Below are positions 10,857 to 21,481 of a stretch of 37,260 bases of DNA, piece by piece (position 1 is the stretch's first letter; each line of letters begins with the position of its first letter). The notes under the pieces are model-generated. The model saw only the letters and a list, made by a program, of their open reading frames with translations, had not been told where the DNA came from and ran no database searches. Made by a program: the position numbers and the translations under genes. Source of the DNA: Chiloscyllium plagiosum (Eukaryota); contig NC_057719.1 of NCBI RefSeq assembly GCF_004010195.1, forward strand, positions 4,212,161 through 4,249,420. The letters run 5' to 3'.

Positions 10857-11179
10857 TAGTGAGTTTTGAAAAGATTTGTAGCTCAGGTTGAGGTTCTGGA
10901 TGTAGATTTGCTCACTGAGCTGGAAGGTTCATTTCCAGATGTTTCAGCATCATACTAGGTAACATCTTCAGTGGGCCTCAGGTGAAGCACTGCTGATAAA
11001 TCCTACTTTCTATTTATATGATTTGGTTTCTTTGGTTTGGTGATGTCATTTTCTGTGGCGATGTCATTTCCTGTGGTGAAGACACTTCCTGTTCCTTTTC
11101 TCAGAGGCTGGTAGATGGGGTCTAACTCGATGTGTTTGTTGATAGAGTTCCGGTTGAAATGCCATGCTTCTAGGAATGT
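10857..11179 (-). mobile_element. Penelope-like element 3' end (family C, Poseidon-like) with degenerate hammerhead (10935-10974)
   Basis: Complement encodes FLEAWHFNRNSINKHIELDPIYQPLR (endonuclease C-terminus); homologous to 16725-17040. Confidence 0.88.
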
Positions 11180-11540
11180 CTCTGATATACCCGCACCCGT
11201 CACTGTAATACTCTGATATACACCATACCACTTACTGTAACACTCTGAATATCCCACATCCACTCACTATAACATTCAGATATATCTCACATGCCCCACC
11301 ATAATACTCTGATATATCCCACTCCCCTTGCTATAATGCTGTGAAATATCCCACACCCCTCACTAAATATCCCACACCCACTCACTGTAACTCTCTGATA
11401 TACTCCACTCCCCTGAATGTAACACACAGATATACCCCACACCATTCACTGTAACAGTCTTTGATATACCCCACACATCATCCACTCCCCCTCCACTGTA
11501 ACACACAGATATACCCCTCACACCTCACTTTAACATTCTG

Positions 11541-12108
11541 ATAAGACCATAAGACCATCAGACATAGGAACAGAAATTAGGCCATTCAGCCCATCGAGTC
11601 TGCTCCACCATTCAATCTTGTTTTTCAATCCCATTCTCCCACTTTTCCCTGTAACCCTTGATCCCCTTGACAATCGAGAACCTATCAATCTCTGTCTCAA
11701 ATATACTCAATGACCTGGCCTCCACAGTCTTCTGTGGCAGTGAGTTCCACAGATTTCCCACTCTCTGGCTGAAGAAGTTTCTCCTTATCTCCATTCTAGA
11801 AGGTCTTCCCTTTACTCACAGGCTGTACCCTCGGGTCCCAGTCTCTCCTACCAACAGTTCAAGTTCTCTCAAAATAAATGCATTTGCCTTCCTAATTACC
11901 AACTCAACCTGCAATTTTACCTTGAGAGGATCCTGGTCAAGAACTCCCCAGTCTCTTTAGGGCACTTCAGATTTCTGAATTTTCTCCCCATTTAGAAAAT
12001 ACTCCATGCCTCTAGTCTTCCTCCCAAAGTGCATGACCTCACACTTTCCCATGTTGTACTTTATTTGCCACTTTTTTGCCCACTCTCCTAACCTGTCCAA
12101 ATCCTTCT
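11541..12108 (-). mobile_element. CR1 3' fragment with internal deletion
   Basis: (ataagacc)n tail; RRNFFSQRVGNLWNSLP joined near 11855 to LGEWAKKWQIKYNMGKCEVMHFG. Confidence 0.9.
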
Positions 12109-13351
12109 TATATATCTGAAACCCCTCACTAAAACTCTCTGATATAACCCACACCACCCTCCACTGTAACATTCAGATATACCTGACACCCCTTACTGTA
12201 ACATTCTGATATTTCCCACACTCCTCAATGTAACACTGATATTTCCCACACCCCTCAGTAACATTCTGATATTTCCCACCCTCCACTGTAACATTTGGAT
12301 ATACCTGACACCCCTTACTGTAACACTCTGATATTTCCCACACCCCTCACAATAACATTCTGATATTTCCCATCCTCCACTGTAACATTCGGATATACCT
12401 GACACCCCTCACTGTAACATACTGATATTTCCCACATCCCTCACTGTAACATTCTGATATTTCCACACCCCTCAGTAACATTCTGATATTTCCCATCCTC
12501 CACTGTAACATTCGGATATACCTGACACCCCTCACTGTAACATACTGATATTTCCCACATCCCTCACTGCAACACTGATATGTCCCATACCCCTCACTGT
12601 AACACTGATATGTCCCGTACCCCTCACTGTAACATGCTCTTATTGATGGTAAACATACTGTGTATTTTTTGCCAGGCAAGTGACTGTTTATAGGTGTTGA
12701 TTAATTGGCTGCTTTTTCCTGGTGTTGAGCTGCTTGAGGATTAGAGCAAATGGATCATATCCTGACTCATGCCAGGAAATGTGGACTCCCGGGTTTGTGT
12801 TAGCTGTTGCCTCATTGTCTAATTACTCAATAGTCTGTTGTTGTTCTGTTTGTCTCATTCTGTCTCTCCTTGTTTAATAAAAATCAGTCAAATGAACCTC
12901 CAATTCTGCTTAAGATCTTTCTATAGACTCTGTAGTGCCGTCATTTACAACTGAATTTATTTGAATCATGTTCTCAAGTGCTGGTTCAGGAAGGTCTTGT
13001 CGTTCAGGCAGTTGGCTCTTATGTTTCTCTGGTTGATCGACCCGGTCTGCTCCTTCTTGCCTGACTGGCTTAAAACTTCTTGTTCAAGCTCTGGGATGGG
13101 GGTGGGAGTAAGGGGAGCAGGGTTCCCCCAAAAGGATTCTGCCCTCTAGGTCAAACAGGAACCATGGCATGTGGCTGTGGGAGAAGGCCCTCGGACTGTG
13201 GCGGTCCTGACTTTGGCCAGGCAGGGCCATTAAAGATGGCGTACAGATTGACAAAGCTGGAGGGCCACAGGAAGGAGTATCCTTCAAATGTAATAGAGGG
13301 TACTGCCATCTTCTGGTGCCCTCCTTCTCAACCCGTCCAGAGTTTTAGATA

Positions 13352-14097
13352 GACTCATAGAGTCAAAGAGATGTACAGCACGGAAACAGACCCTTCGGTC
13401 CAACTCGTACATGCCGACCGGATATCCTAACCTAATCTAGTCCCATTTACCAGCATTTGGCCCATATCCCTCTAAACCCTTCCTATTCATATACCCATCC
13501 AGATGTCTTTTAAATGTTGCAGCCTCCACCACTTTCCCTGGCAGCTCATTTGTGTGAAAATGTTGCCCCTTAGGTCTCTTTTATATCTTTCCCCTCTCAC
13601 CCTAAACCTATGCCCTCTAGTTCTGGATTCCCAGATCCCAGGGAAAAGACTTTGTCTATTTATCCTATCCATGCCCCTCAATTTTGTAAGTCTCTATAAG
13701 GTCACCCCTCAGCCTCCGACACTCCAGGGAAAACAGCCCCAGCCTGTTAAGCCTCTCCCTATAGCTCAAATCCTCCAACCCTGGCAACATCCTTGTAAAT
13801 TTTTTCTGAACCCTTTCAAGTTTCACAACATCTTTCTGATAGGAAGGAGACCAGAATTGTACAATATTCCAAAAGTGGCTTAACTAATGTCCTGTACAGC
13901 CATAACATGACCTCCCAACTCCTGTGCTCAATGCTCTGACCAATAAAGGAAAACATATTAAACGCCTTCTTCACTAACCTATCTATCTGCGACTCCACTT
14001 TCAAGGAGCTATGAACCTGCACTCCAAGGTCTCTTTGTCCAGCAACACTCCCTAACCTTACCATTAAGTGTATATGTCCTGCCCTGATTTACCTTTA
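13352..14097 (-). mobile_element. young CR1, 5'-truncated (~750 bp)
   Basis: QRDLGVQVHSSLKVESQ..YRTLV..ESRTRGHRFRVRG; (catagagt)n tail; same subfamily as 25466-26489 and 27308-28021. Confidence 0.95.
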
Positions 14098-14164
14098 CAT
14101 AAAGCCTGGCTGGATGACAGGTGTCACTGACCAGTTGCAGCTGAGCAACAGTAGATAAAACCAT

Positions 14165-14464
14165 CAGAATCATAGAGTCATCGAATCCCTACAGTGTGGA
14201 AGCAGACCATTCAACCCATTGAGTCCACACCGACCCTCCAAAAAGCGTCCCACCCAGTCCAACCCCCACCCCCCCAATCTTATCACCATAACCTGCATTT
14301 CACATGACAAACTTACTTAACCCTCGACACTACGGTTAATTTAGCACTGCCAATCCACCCTAATCTGCACATCCCTAGATACTGTGGGTAATTTAGCATG
14401 GTCAATCCACCCTGATCTATGGGTAATGTAGCACGGTCAATCTATGCTAATCTGCACATCTTTG
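14165..14464 (-). mobile_element. HE1-type SINE 3' part, headless, with internal triplication
   Basis: HE1 tail, then three copies of taatttagcatggccaatccacc.taatctgcacatc-like sequence. Confidence 0.8.
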
Positions 14465-15050
14465 AAAATAAGAATAGGAGCTGGCCATTTGGCCCCTCAA
14501 GACTGCTCCACTGTTCAGTAGGATCAGGGCTAATCAGACATTCCTCACATCCACTTTCCTGCCCTTTTCCCTGTAATCCTTGATTCTCTGACTGATCAGG
14601 AATCTCTCTCTCCCTCTCTCTCAGCCTTAAGTATACATAAGGACTCTGCCCCCACAGCTCTCTGGTGCAAGGAGTTCCAATGACTCACAACCCTCTGAGA
14701 AAAGAAATTCCTCCGCATCTCAGTCTTAAATTGGAGCCCCTTTATTCTGAGACTGTACCCTCTGGTCCTACACTTTCCCACGAGGGGAAACATTCTCTCA
14801 GCATTGATCCTGTCCGATATGTTTCAGTCAGATCACCTCTCATTTAAACTCCAGTGAGTAGAGTCCCAACCTGTTTAATGTTTGCTTATAAGACAATCCC
14901 TCCATACCATGGATCATCCTCGTGAACCTTCTCTGAACTGCCACCAATGAAATGACATATCCTTAAAGAAAGAGACCTAAACTGCTCACTGCACTCCAAA
15001 CATGGTCTCACCACCCCCTTATCCATTTACAGTAAGACTACCCTCCCTGT
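14465..15050 (-). mobile_element. CR1 3' fragment
   Basis: ORF 14596-14793 RTRGYSLRIKG..EMRRNFFSQRVVSHWNSL plus CR1 3' hairpin tail. Confidence 0.88.
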
Positions 15051-16724
15051 GAGAGTGGGGCAAGGTGGACAGGTGATGTAGGCCTTGACACCAGCCTCCT
15101 GGTAGGAGTAGCTGTTAACAGCAGGATCGGCATAGAGCAGACTGAGGCAGCAGCTGACACATGGCAGAAGGACCTCAACACTTGCTGGGAGTGCTAGGCC
15201 CTCAGGTCTGCCAGTACGGGCCTCCTCCTGGCGGTCAGCTTGTAAAGCTCAGTCTCTGACAATCAGCCGTAAGAGGTCTTCCAACTGATTTAATTGGCTA
15301 CTTTTCCACTGACCATGGGAAGTAGCCCTGATCCTAACGCTGCCTCAAGGAAAGTGGTCTGGGAGCAGGGAGATGGTGACAAAAACCAGCATGATGGTCA
15401 GAGCTGCCAAATTACGTACCTACTCACCTCGCACCTGACACATACTGGCTCTACAAATCCATCACTGAGTTCATCCTTTCCTGTTCATGTATGACCTACA
15501 TTTACTGTCTTGTTGGAGTAAATTCTACTGTTTTAAATTCTATTGGCTGCAGGAATGGCATCCTCTCCATTTCTCTGTGCATCAATTTGGAGTTGTGCAC
15601 TGTATGGCCTACTGTACTGTAACAATTCTCTGGTTCTCTATCTGTCTTCAGTCTCAGGCCCTGAGTTATGACCAGCTTGCGAGGTGCACAGTAGAGGTCA
15701 CAGCAGACTGACCAGCCCAATTTCATTCTCTATCTTGCTTCTGTTTTCCATTATTGTTTGGCCTAAATCCCCTTAAGAGTATTGATTTAAGAATTATAGC
15801 TTTGTAATTCAGAGTTTACAGGCTCTTCATTGAAGGTTTCCCCCTCTAAATAGTGTTTACACCAAATAAGGAGAGACGAAGTCATTTGTGCATCCCTCTA
15901 CTTTGATGCCAATTTGAAGAAACAAAATGCTGAAATGTACCTTCAGACACAGGTAAGGCTGCTTAGTGTAGAAAACTAAGTTTTAGTGTTTTAGAAGTTG
16001 TATTTTCTTTTAGATCTTTGCAGATATGCTACTACAGCATTTGTCTGCCTTTAAAAAAATCAGAACTTGTTTTTTCAATGAGAGACAGGAGTGTTGTCTA
16101 GTTGATCTTCAATTAGGTTTCCAAGTATCTGCCACTGAGATCTTGGTGTAGTTCCTTACAGATTTCCATTGCTCCTTAATATAATGTGTATTCTTCCTCC
16201 AGCAGTCATCTTTGCCCAACGCCATAATGTTATCATTTATAATGTAAGAATCCAGGATGTGGGAATTTGGTTTTGAAACCTTTAACACACGTTTATCACA
16301 GCTCCCTAACATTTACAAATATAACGGCACTTCAATATCTGGGCTAATATTACGCTCTCTAGTTACAAAGAGTAGCATGCTTCCTTCAGCGTGTCATGCT
16401 TCAAGTGATCTCCAGTCAGATGCAATCCGAGACATTTACACCTTTAGATCAGACAGTGACAATCTCGTTAGGATATGTCTGAAAGGTACAATGACCTACT
16501 ACGACAAGGCTGACCACATCTTTAACATGTCAGCCAGTCAGGGCCTCTCATTCGTCACATGACAAGTCACCAGTTAAAGAATATAAGATAGACTTGCATT
16601 TCTGTAGCACCTCTGTAACTTCACCAGTACAATTTACAGCCAACTGAATCAATTTGAAGTTCAATCTCTTTTTTAATCTAAGAAACATGGCAACCTTTGT
16701 GCACATTAAGCTATATATAGCTGT

Positions 16725-17196
16725 TTTGAGAAGATTTGAAGCTCAGGTTGAGATTCTGGATGTAGGTTTGCTCGCTGAGCTGAAAGGTTCATTTCCAGAC
16801 GTTTCATCACCCTACTAGGTAACATCTTCAGTGGGTCTCCAAGCAAAGCACTGTTCATGAATCCTGCTTTCTTTTTATATGTTTGGGTTTCTTTGGGTTG
16901 GTGATGTCATTTCCCATGGTGATGTCATTTCCTGCGCTGATGTAATTTCCTGTTCTTTTCTCAGGGGGTGGTAAATGGGGTCTGACTCGATGTGTTTGTT
17001 GATAGAGTTCTGGTTGGAATACCAAGCTTCTAGGAATTCTTGCGCATGTCTCTGTTTGGCTTGTCCGAGGATGGATGTGTTGTCCAGTCGAAGTAGTGTC
17101 CTTCCTTATCTGTATGTAAGGAAACTAGTGAGAGAGGGTCATGTCATTTTGTGGCTAGTTCGTGTTCATGTATCCTAATTTTCTGCCTGTTTGTCC
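16725..17196 (-). mobile_element. Penelope-like element 3' end (family C)
   Basis: Complement encodes GQTGRK..RIHEH..LSLVSLHTDKEGH..FLEAWYSNQNSINKH; 8-bp TSD atagctgt (16717-16724, 17197-17204). Confidence 0.9.
16795..16834 (-). ncRNA. minimal type I hammerhead ribozyme motif (family C), near-intact
   Basis: CCA-CUGAAGA-U-GUUACC-uaguag-GGUGAU-GAAA-CG-UC-UGG; stem I CCA/UGG; GUC site; closing pair of stem II decayed to G-U. Confidence 0.75.
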
Positions 17197-18051
17197 ATAG
17201 CTGTGTGTGAAAGCCTGTTTTTGAGATGTTGATTGAAGGGCACATGGGAGAATTCCTCTGTTTTTAAAAATTGTGCCATTGGGTCCTTTACATTCATTTG
17301 GAGCTTTGATTTAATGCCTCATTCAATGGATGGCACCTGTGACATTGCAGCACTCTCTCAGTGGTGCACTGTGTTTGCACAACTCCCTGAATCCACAACC
17401 TCCTGACTCAGAGAGTTTAACGAACAACATTGAAAATGTGAACCAACAGGCAAAGCTTGTAGCATTCCCCCTGAGACCCAACCTCTCTGTGCCAGCCTGC
17501 AGAAATAGGAGCCATGAAATTTCAGTGCTGTGTCTCACCCCAGTTCAGATTTCCCTGCACCATTTCAATTGATTACAACTGGTATCTAAAGAAACTGGAG
17601 CATGATACAGAAACTATCTGCAGTAATAATCATTAGCACTAGAGAGCAGGAACAGCTTTACAATTAGAGGCAGTTCTGAAATAGTTACGTATTATCACCA
17701 TTGTTATATACCACAGTATACACTGCCTATCTAGGGTTCTAATTTACAGTCTGAATTAATTTGGAGTAATAATCGTTCTTGAGAATTGTGGAATTATACA
17801 GCACAGGCCATTTACTCCAACATCAGCTGAATGACCTCATTAGGTTTACCCTTCAGGTGTCTCTGCAAGTTCAGCATATCCCTAGTTGTTCGTGATGGGA
17901 AGATGATGGTGTTGCCAAAGCTATTTCAGAGGCACTGGGGACGTGGGAAACACAATGGCAATGTCACTGGATTAGCAATCCAGACATTTACAGCCACAGC
18001 CTGTGCATTCTCTGCAGCAGCTGCTGTAATTTCATCTCAACAGAGGTGAAA

Positions 18052-18678
18052 GCCATAGTGGCTCAGTGGTTAGCACACCTTCCCCACTGTGTCAAGGACT
18101 CAGGTTCAAACCCAGCCTTGGATGACTGTCAGTGTGGAGTTTGAATGTTCTCTCTGGGTGCTCCTGTTTCCTCCTGCAGTCCAAAGATGTGTAGATTAGG
18201 ATGGATTGGCCATGCTAAATTGCCCCATAGTGTACAAGCTAGGTGGGTTAACCGTGGGAAATGGAGGGTTTTTTTAAGATTACATTTGATTCCCAACAGT
18301 ATGGAAACAGGCCCTTCAGCCCAACACGTCCACACCGACCCTCCAAAGAGTAACCCACCCAGACCCAGTCCCCTAGCCTATACTGACCTCTGACTAATGC
18401 ACCTAACACTACGGGCAATTTAGCATGGCCAATTCACCTGGCCTGCACATCTTTGGACTGTGGGAGGAAACCCACGCAGACACGGGGAGAATGTGCAAAC
18501 TCCACATAGACAGTCGGCTGAGGTGAGAATTGAACCCAGATCCCTGGTGCTGTGAGGCAAGAGTGCTAACCACTGAGCCACCGTGCCACCACACAGGATG
18601 CTCTTCAAAGGGTTGGTGCAGAACTCAATGGGCCAAATGGCTTCTTTCCACATGGTGGGGATTGCATGCTTCTATGAG
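18052..18678 (+). mobile_element. older HE1-type SINE, interrupted by an antisense HE1
   Basis: Head gtggctcagtggttagcac..ggttcaaaccc at 18058-18113, body to ~18268, tail resumes 18591-18678. Confidence 0.85.
18270..18590 (-). mobile_element. younger full-length HE1-type SINE
   Basis: Complete head, central domain and tail; similar to 4945-5230. Confidence 0.92.
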
Positions 18679-18851
18679 AGTTAGACTCAGTCTTGGTGAC
18701 CATAAAATCAACAATAATTGTAGAACCCAGAGAGACCTAGGGGTTCAGGTACATAGTTCATTGGGATTTGTGTCACTGGTTGGTATTGAACGCATTGGCA
18801 TGCTTGCCTTCATTGCTCAGACCATTGAGTATAGGAGTTGGTATAGGAGTT

Positions 18852-18939
18852 CCTGAAGAAGGGCTTCTGCCCGAAACATCGATTCTCCTGTTCCTTGGAT
18901 GCTGCCTGACCTGCTGCGCTTTTCCAGCAACACATTTTC
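18852..18939 (+). mobile_element. ~90-bp Penelope-derived terminal unit (family B) with hammerhead motif
   Basis: CTGAAGA-A-GGGC-ttct-GCCC-GAAA-CA-TC; 13-bp TSD agtataggagttg (18828-18840, 18940-18952). Confidence 0.88.
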
Positions 18940-19397
18940 AGTATAGGAGTTGATATGTCATGTTGAGGTTGTACAGGACATTGATGAGGCCACTTTCAGA
19001 GTACAGTGTCCATTTCTGGTTGCCCAGTTATAAGAGGGACATTATTAAATTGGAGATGCTTCAGAAAAGATGTACAAGTATGTTACCAAAACTGAAGGTT
19101 TTGAGTAATAAGGAGAGGCTGGATAGGCTGGGACATCTTCCCCTGGAGCATTGAAGGTTGAGGGGTGACTTTATAAAGTTTTATAAAATCATGAGGGGCA
19201 TCGATAAGGTGAATAGCAAGCGTCCTTTCCCTAGAAGTGGGTATTTCAAAACCAAAGGCTTAATTTTAATGTGAGGGGAAAAAGACGGGCCTGAGGGACA
19301 ATTCTTTCAGACAGAGAATGGTTTGTGTGTGGAATAAAATGCCAGAGAAAGTGGTAGATGCTGATACAGTTACAACAATCCAACATTAATTTGGTTA

Positions 19398-19960
19398 AAA
19401 ATCACACAACACCAGGTTATAGCCCAACAGGTTTATTTGGAAGCACTAACTTTCGGAGTGCTGCTCCTTCATCAAGTAGCTTTGAAAGAGGATCATAAGA
19501 CACAGAATTTAGAGCAAAAATTACAGTGTCATGCAATTGAAATGATATATTGAACAAACCTGGATTGCTGTTAAATCCTTCATCTTTTAGAATGGGTTGC
19601 AGGTTTTGGTTCATTAATAGATAAATCCTGTGACTTCTATCAAGTCACATTCTTGAGATAAGTCAAGGAGGAGTTGTTGACAGTGAGGAAGCATGTGGCA
19701 GGTTACATCCTTCATCTTTTAGAATGGGTTGCAGGTTTTGGTTCATTAATAGATAAATCCTGTGACTTCTATCAAGTCACATTCTTGAGATAACTTATGT
19801 TACGTTTGTTCAATATATCATTTCAATTGCATGACACTGTAATTTTGTGTTCTAAATTCTGTCTTATGATCCTGCTCTACAGTTAACTGATGAAGGAGCA
19901 GCGCTCCAAAAGCTAGTATTTCCAAATAAACGTGTTGGAGTATAACCAGCACCTCCACAT
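19398..19960. mobile_element. Penelope-like 3' UTR/terminal fragment (family A) in inverted two-arm configuration
   Basis: Left arm antisense and right arm sense to 3720-3991; two mutated hammerheads (19444-19478 minus, 19887-19918 plus); 17-bp TSD caacattaatttggtta (19381-19397, 19961-19977). Confidence 0.9.
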
Positions 19961-20136
19961 CAACATTAATTTGGTTAGATACATGAATAGCAAAGGTTTA
20001 GAGAGATGTGAGCCAAATGCAGGTAAGTGGGACTAGTTCAGTTTGAGAAACTTGGTTGGAGTGGACAAGTTGGACTGAAGGGCCTGTTTCCTTGCCGTAT
20101 GACTGTACGACTCTCTGACTCTAATTGTCATTCCTG

Positions 20137-20307
20137 ATGTTGAGGGAATGGAATCTGTCATCCTTACCCAATCAGCCAATGTGACTCCAGACACACACAG
20201 CAATTTGATTGACTCTTAATTGTCCTATTGTCTAACAAGCAAGTCAGTTCAAGGGAAAGAATAGAAATAGCTCATCATCAACCAGAATAGAATCTCATGA
20301 ACAAATT
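20137..20307 (+). mobile_element. old SINE family B fragment (a second antisense fragment follows at ~20312-20400)
   Basis: ggaatctgtcatccttacc..atgtgactccagac..acagcaat.tg.ttgactcttaa is the complement of the 22670-22750 core. Confidence 0.7.
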
Positions 20308-20743
20308 CTACAAGTCACAAGTAGACCAGACTACACTGGGTAAGGACAGCAGATTTCCTTCTGAACCAAGTAGATGATCCAACAATCCAGTAGTTGTATC
20401 TTTGTGGCCAATTCTCCATCAATTCAATTATGACATTCTGCAAATGCCCAAATGATTGAAGGTAACGGCCAGTGGTGTTGGAGAGAGTATATTATAATGG
20501 AAATAAAGTTGGCAAACTAATTGAAACGGAGAGTTGGGATAAAGGGAGCATTTTCAGAATAGCAACCTGTAACTAGTGGAGTGCCACAATGACCAGTACT
20601 AGGGCCACAATAATTTACAATATACATTCACAACTTGGATGCGGAAAGTGAATGTACGATCGCCAAGTTTGTGGCTGACACAAAATCAGGTGGGAAGGGA
20701 AATAGTAAGGATGACATAATTAGTCAACCGAAGGAAATAGACA

Positions 20744-21009
20744 AACATAGAACATAGAACATAGAACATAGAACAATACAGCACAGAACAGGCCCTTCGG
20801 CCCACGATGTTGTGCCGAACTTCTAACCTAGATTAAGTACCCATCCATGTACCTATCCAAATGCCGCTTAAAGGTCACCAATGATTCTGACTCCACCACT
20901 CCCACAGGCAGCGCATTCCATGCCCCCACCACTCTCTGGGTGAAAACGTTGCCCCTTAGATCTTTTTTATATCTTTCCCCTCTCACCCTAAACCTATGCT
21001 CTCTAGTTC
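20744..21009 (-). mobile_element. young CR1 3' end running into the gap
   Basis: (aacatag)4 tail; RGNVFTQRVVGAWNALP..FKRHLDRYM. Confidence 0.92.
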
Positions 21010-21279
21010 NNNNNNNNNNNNNNNNNNNNNNNNNNNNNNNNNNNNNNNNNNNNNNNNNNNNNNNNNNNNNNNNNNNNNNNNNNNNNNNNNNNNNNNNNNN
21101 NNNNNNNNNNNNNNNNNNNNNNNNNNNNNNNNNNNNNNNNNNNNNNNNNNNNNNNNNNNNNNNNNNNNNNNNNNNNNNNNNNNNNNNNNNNNNNNNNNNN
21201 NNNNNNNNNNNNNNNNNNNNNNNNNNNNNNNNNNNNNNNNNNNNNNNNNNNNNNNNNNNNNNNNNNNNNNNNNNNNNNN
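21010..21279. other. assembly gap (270 N)
   Basis: Run of n. Confidence 1.
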
Positions 21280-21481
21280 CATCCTGCACCTCCGCCCTCA
21301 GACCCAACCCCTCCAACCGCAACAAGGACAGAACGCCCCTGGTGCTCACCTTCCACCCTACCAACCTTCGCATAAACCAAATCATCCGCCGACATTTCTG
21401 CCACCTCCAAACAGACCCCACCACCAGGGATATATTTCCCTCCCCACCCCTCTCCGCCTTCTGCAAAGACCGTTCCCTCCG
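21280..21481 (+). mobile_element. Penelope-like element, RT-endonuclease linker fragment
   Basis: NKDRTPLVLTFHPTNLRINQIIRRHFCHLQTDPTTRDIFPSPPLSAF resembles the Neptune-type PLE linker (PLVLTYHP...IFP.PP..AFR). Confidence 0.82.

Larger units (their letters stand above)
10215..12638. repeat. ~30-34-bp C/A-rich minisatellite, split by a Penelope and a CR1 insertion
   Basis: Consensus ~cactgtaacactctgatataccccacacccct repeated through 10215-10856, 11180-11540 and 12110-12638. Confidence 0.95.
16585..17415 (-). mobile_element. SacSINE1-like DeuSINE, ancient, split by a Penelope insertion
   Basis: Complement: tctgagtcaggaggttgtggattca head, cagtgca..actgagagagtgctgcaatgtc, aatgtaaaggacccaatggcaca Deu-like core, ggtgctacagaaatgcaagtct L2-type tail. 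Confidence 0.7.
18718..20123 (+). mobile_element. CR1, 5'-truncated, hosting two Penelope-type insertions
   Basis: QRDLGVQVHSSL..IEYRSW..MLRLYRTLMRP..ERLDRLG; 3' end gaagggcctgtttcc..gactctctgactcta. Confidence 0.9.

Noticed and set aside
16257..16562. 101-aa ORF in unique DNA
   Set aside because: No recognisable domain and no convincing flanking splice pair; length within chance range
20020..20028. Perfect splice donor CAGGTAAGT
   Set aside because: Lies within a CR1 3' region; shows that such donors arise by chance here
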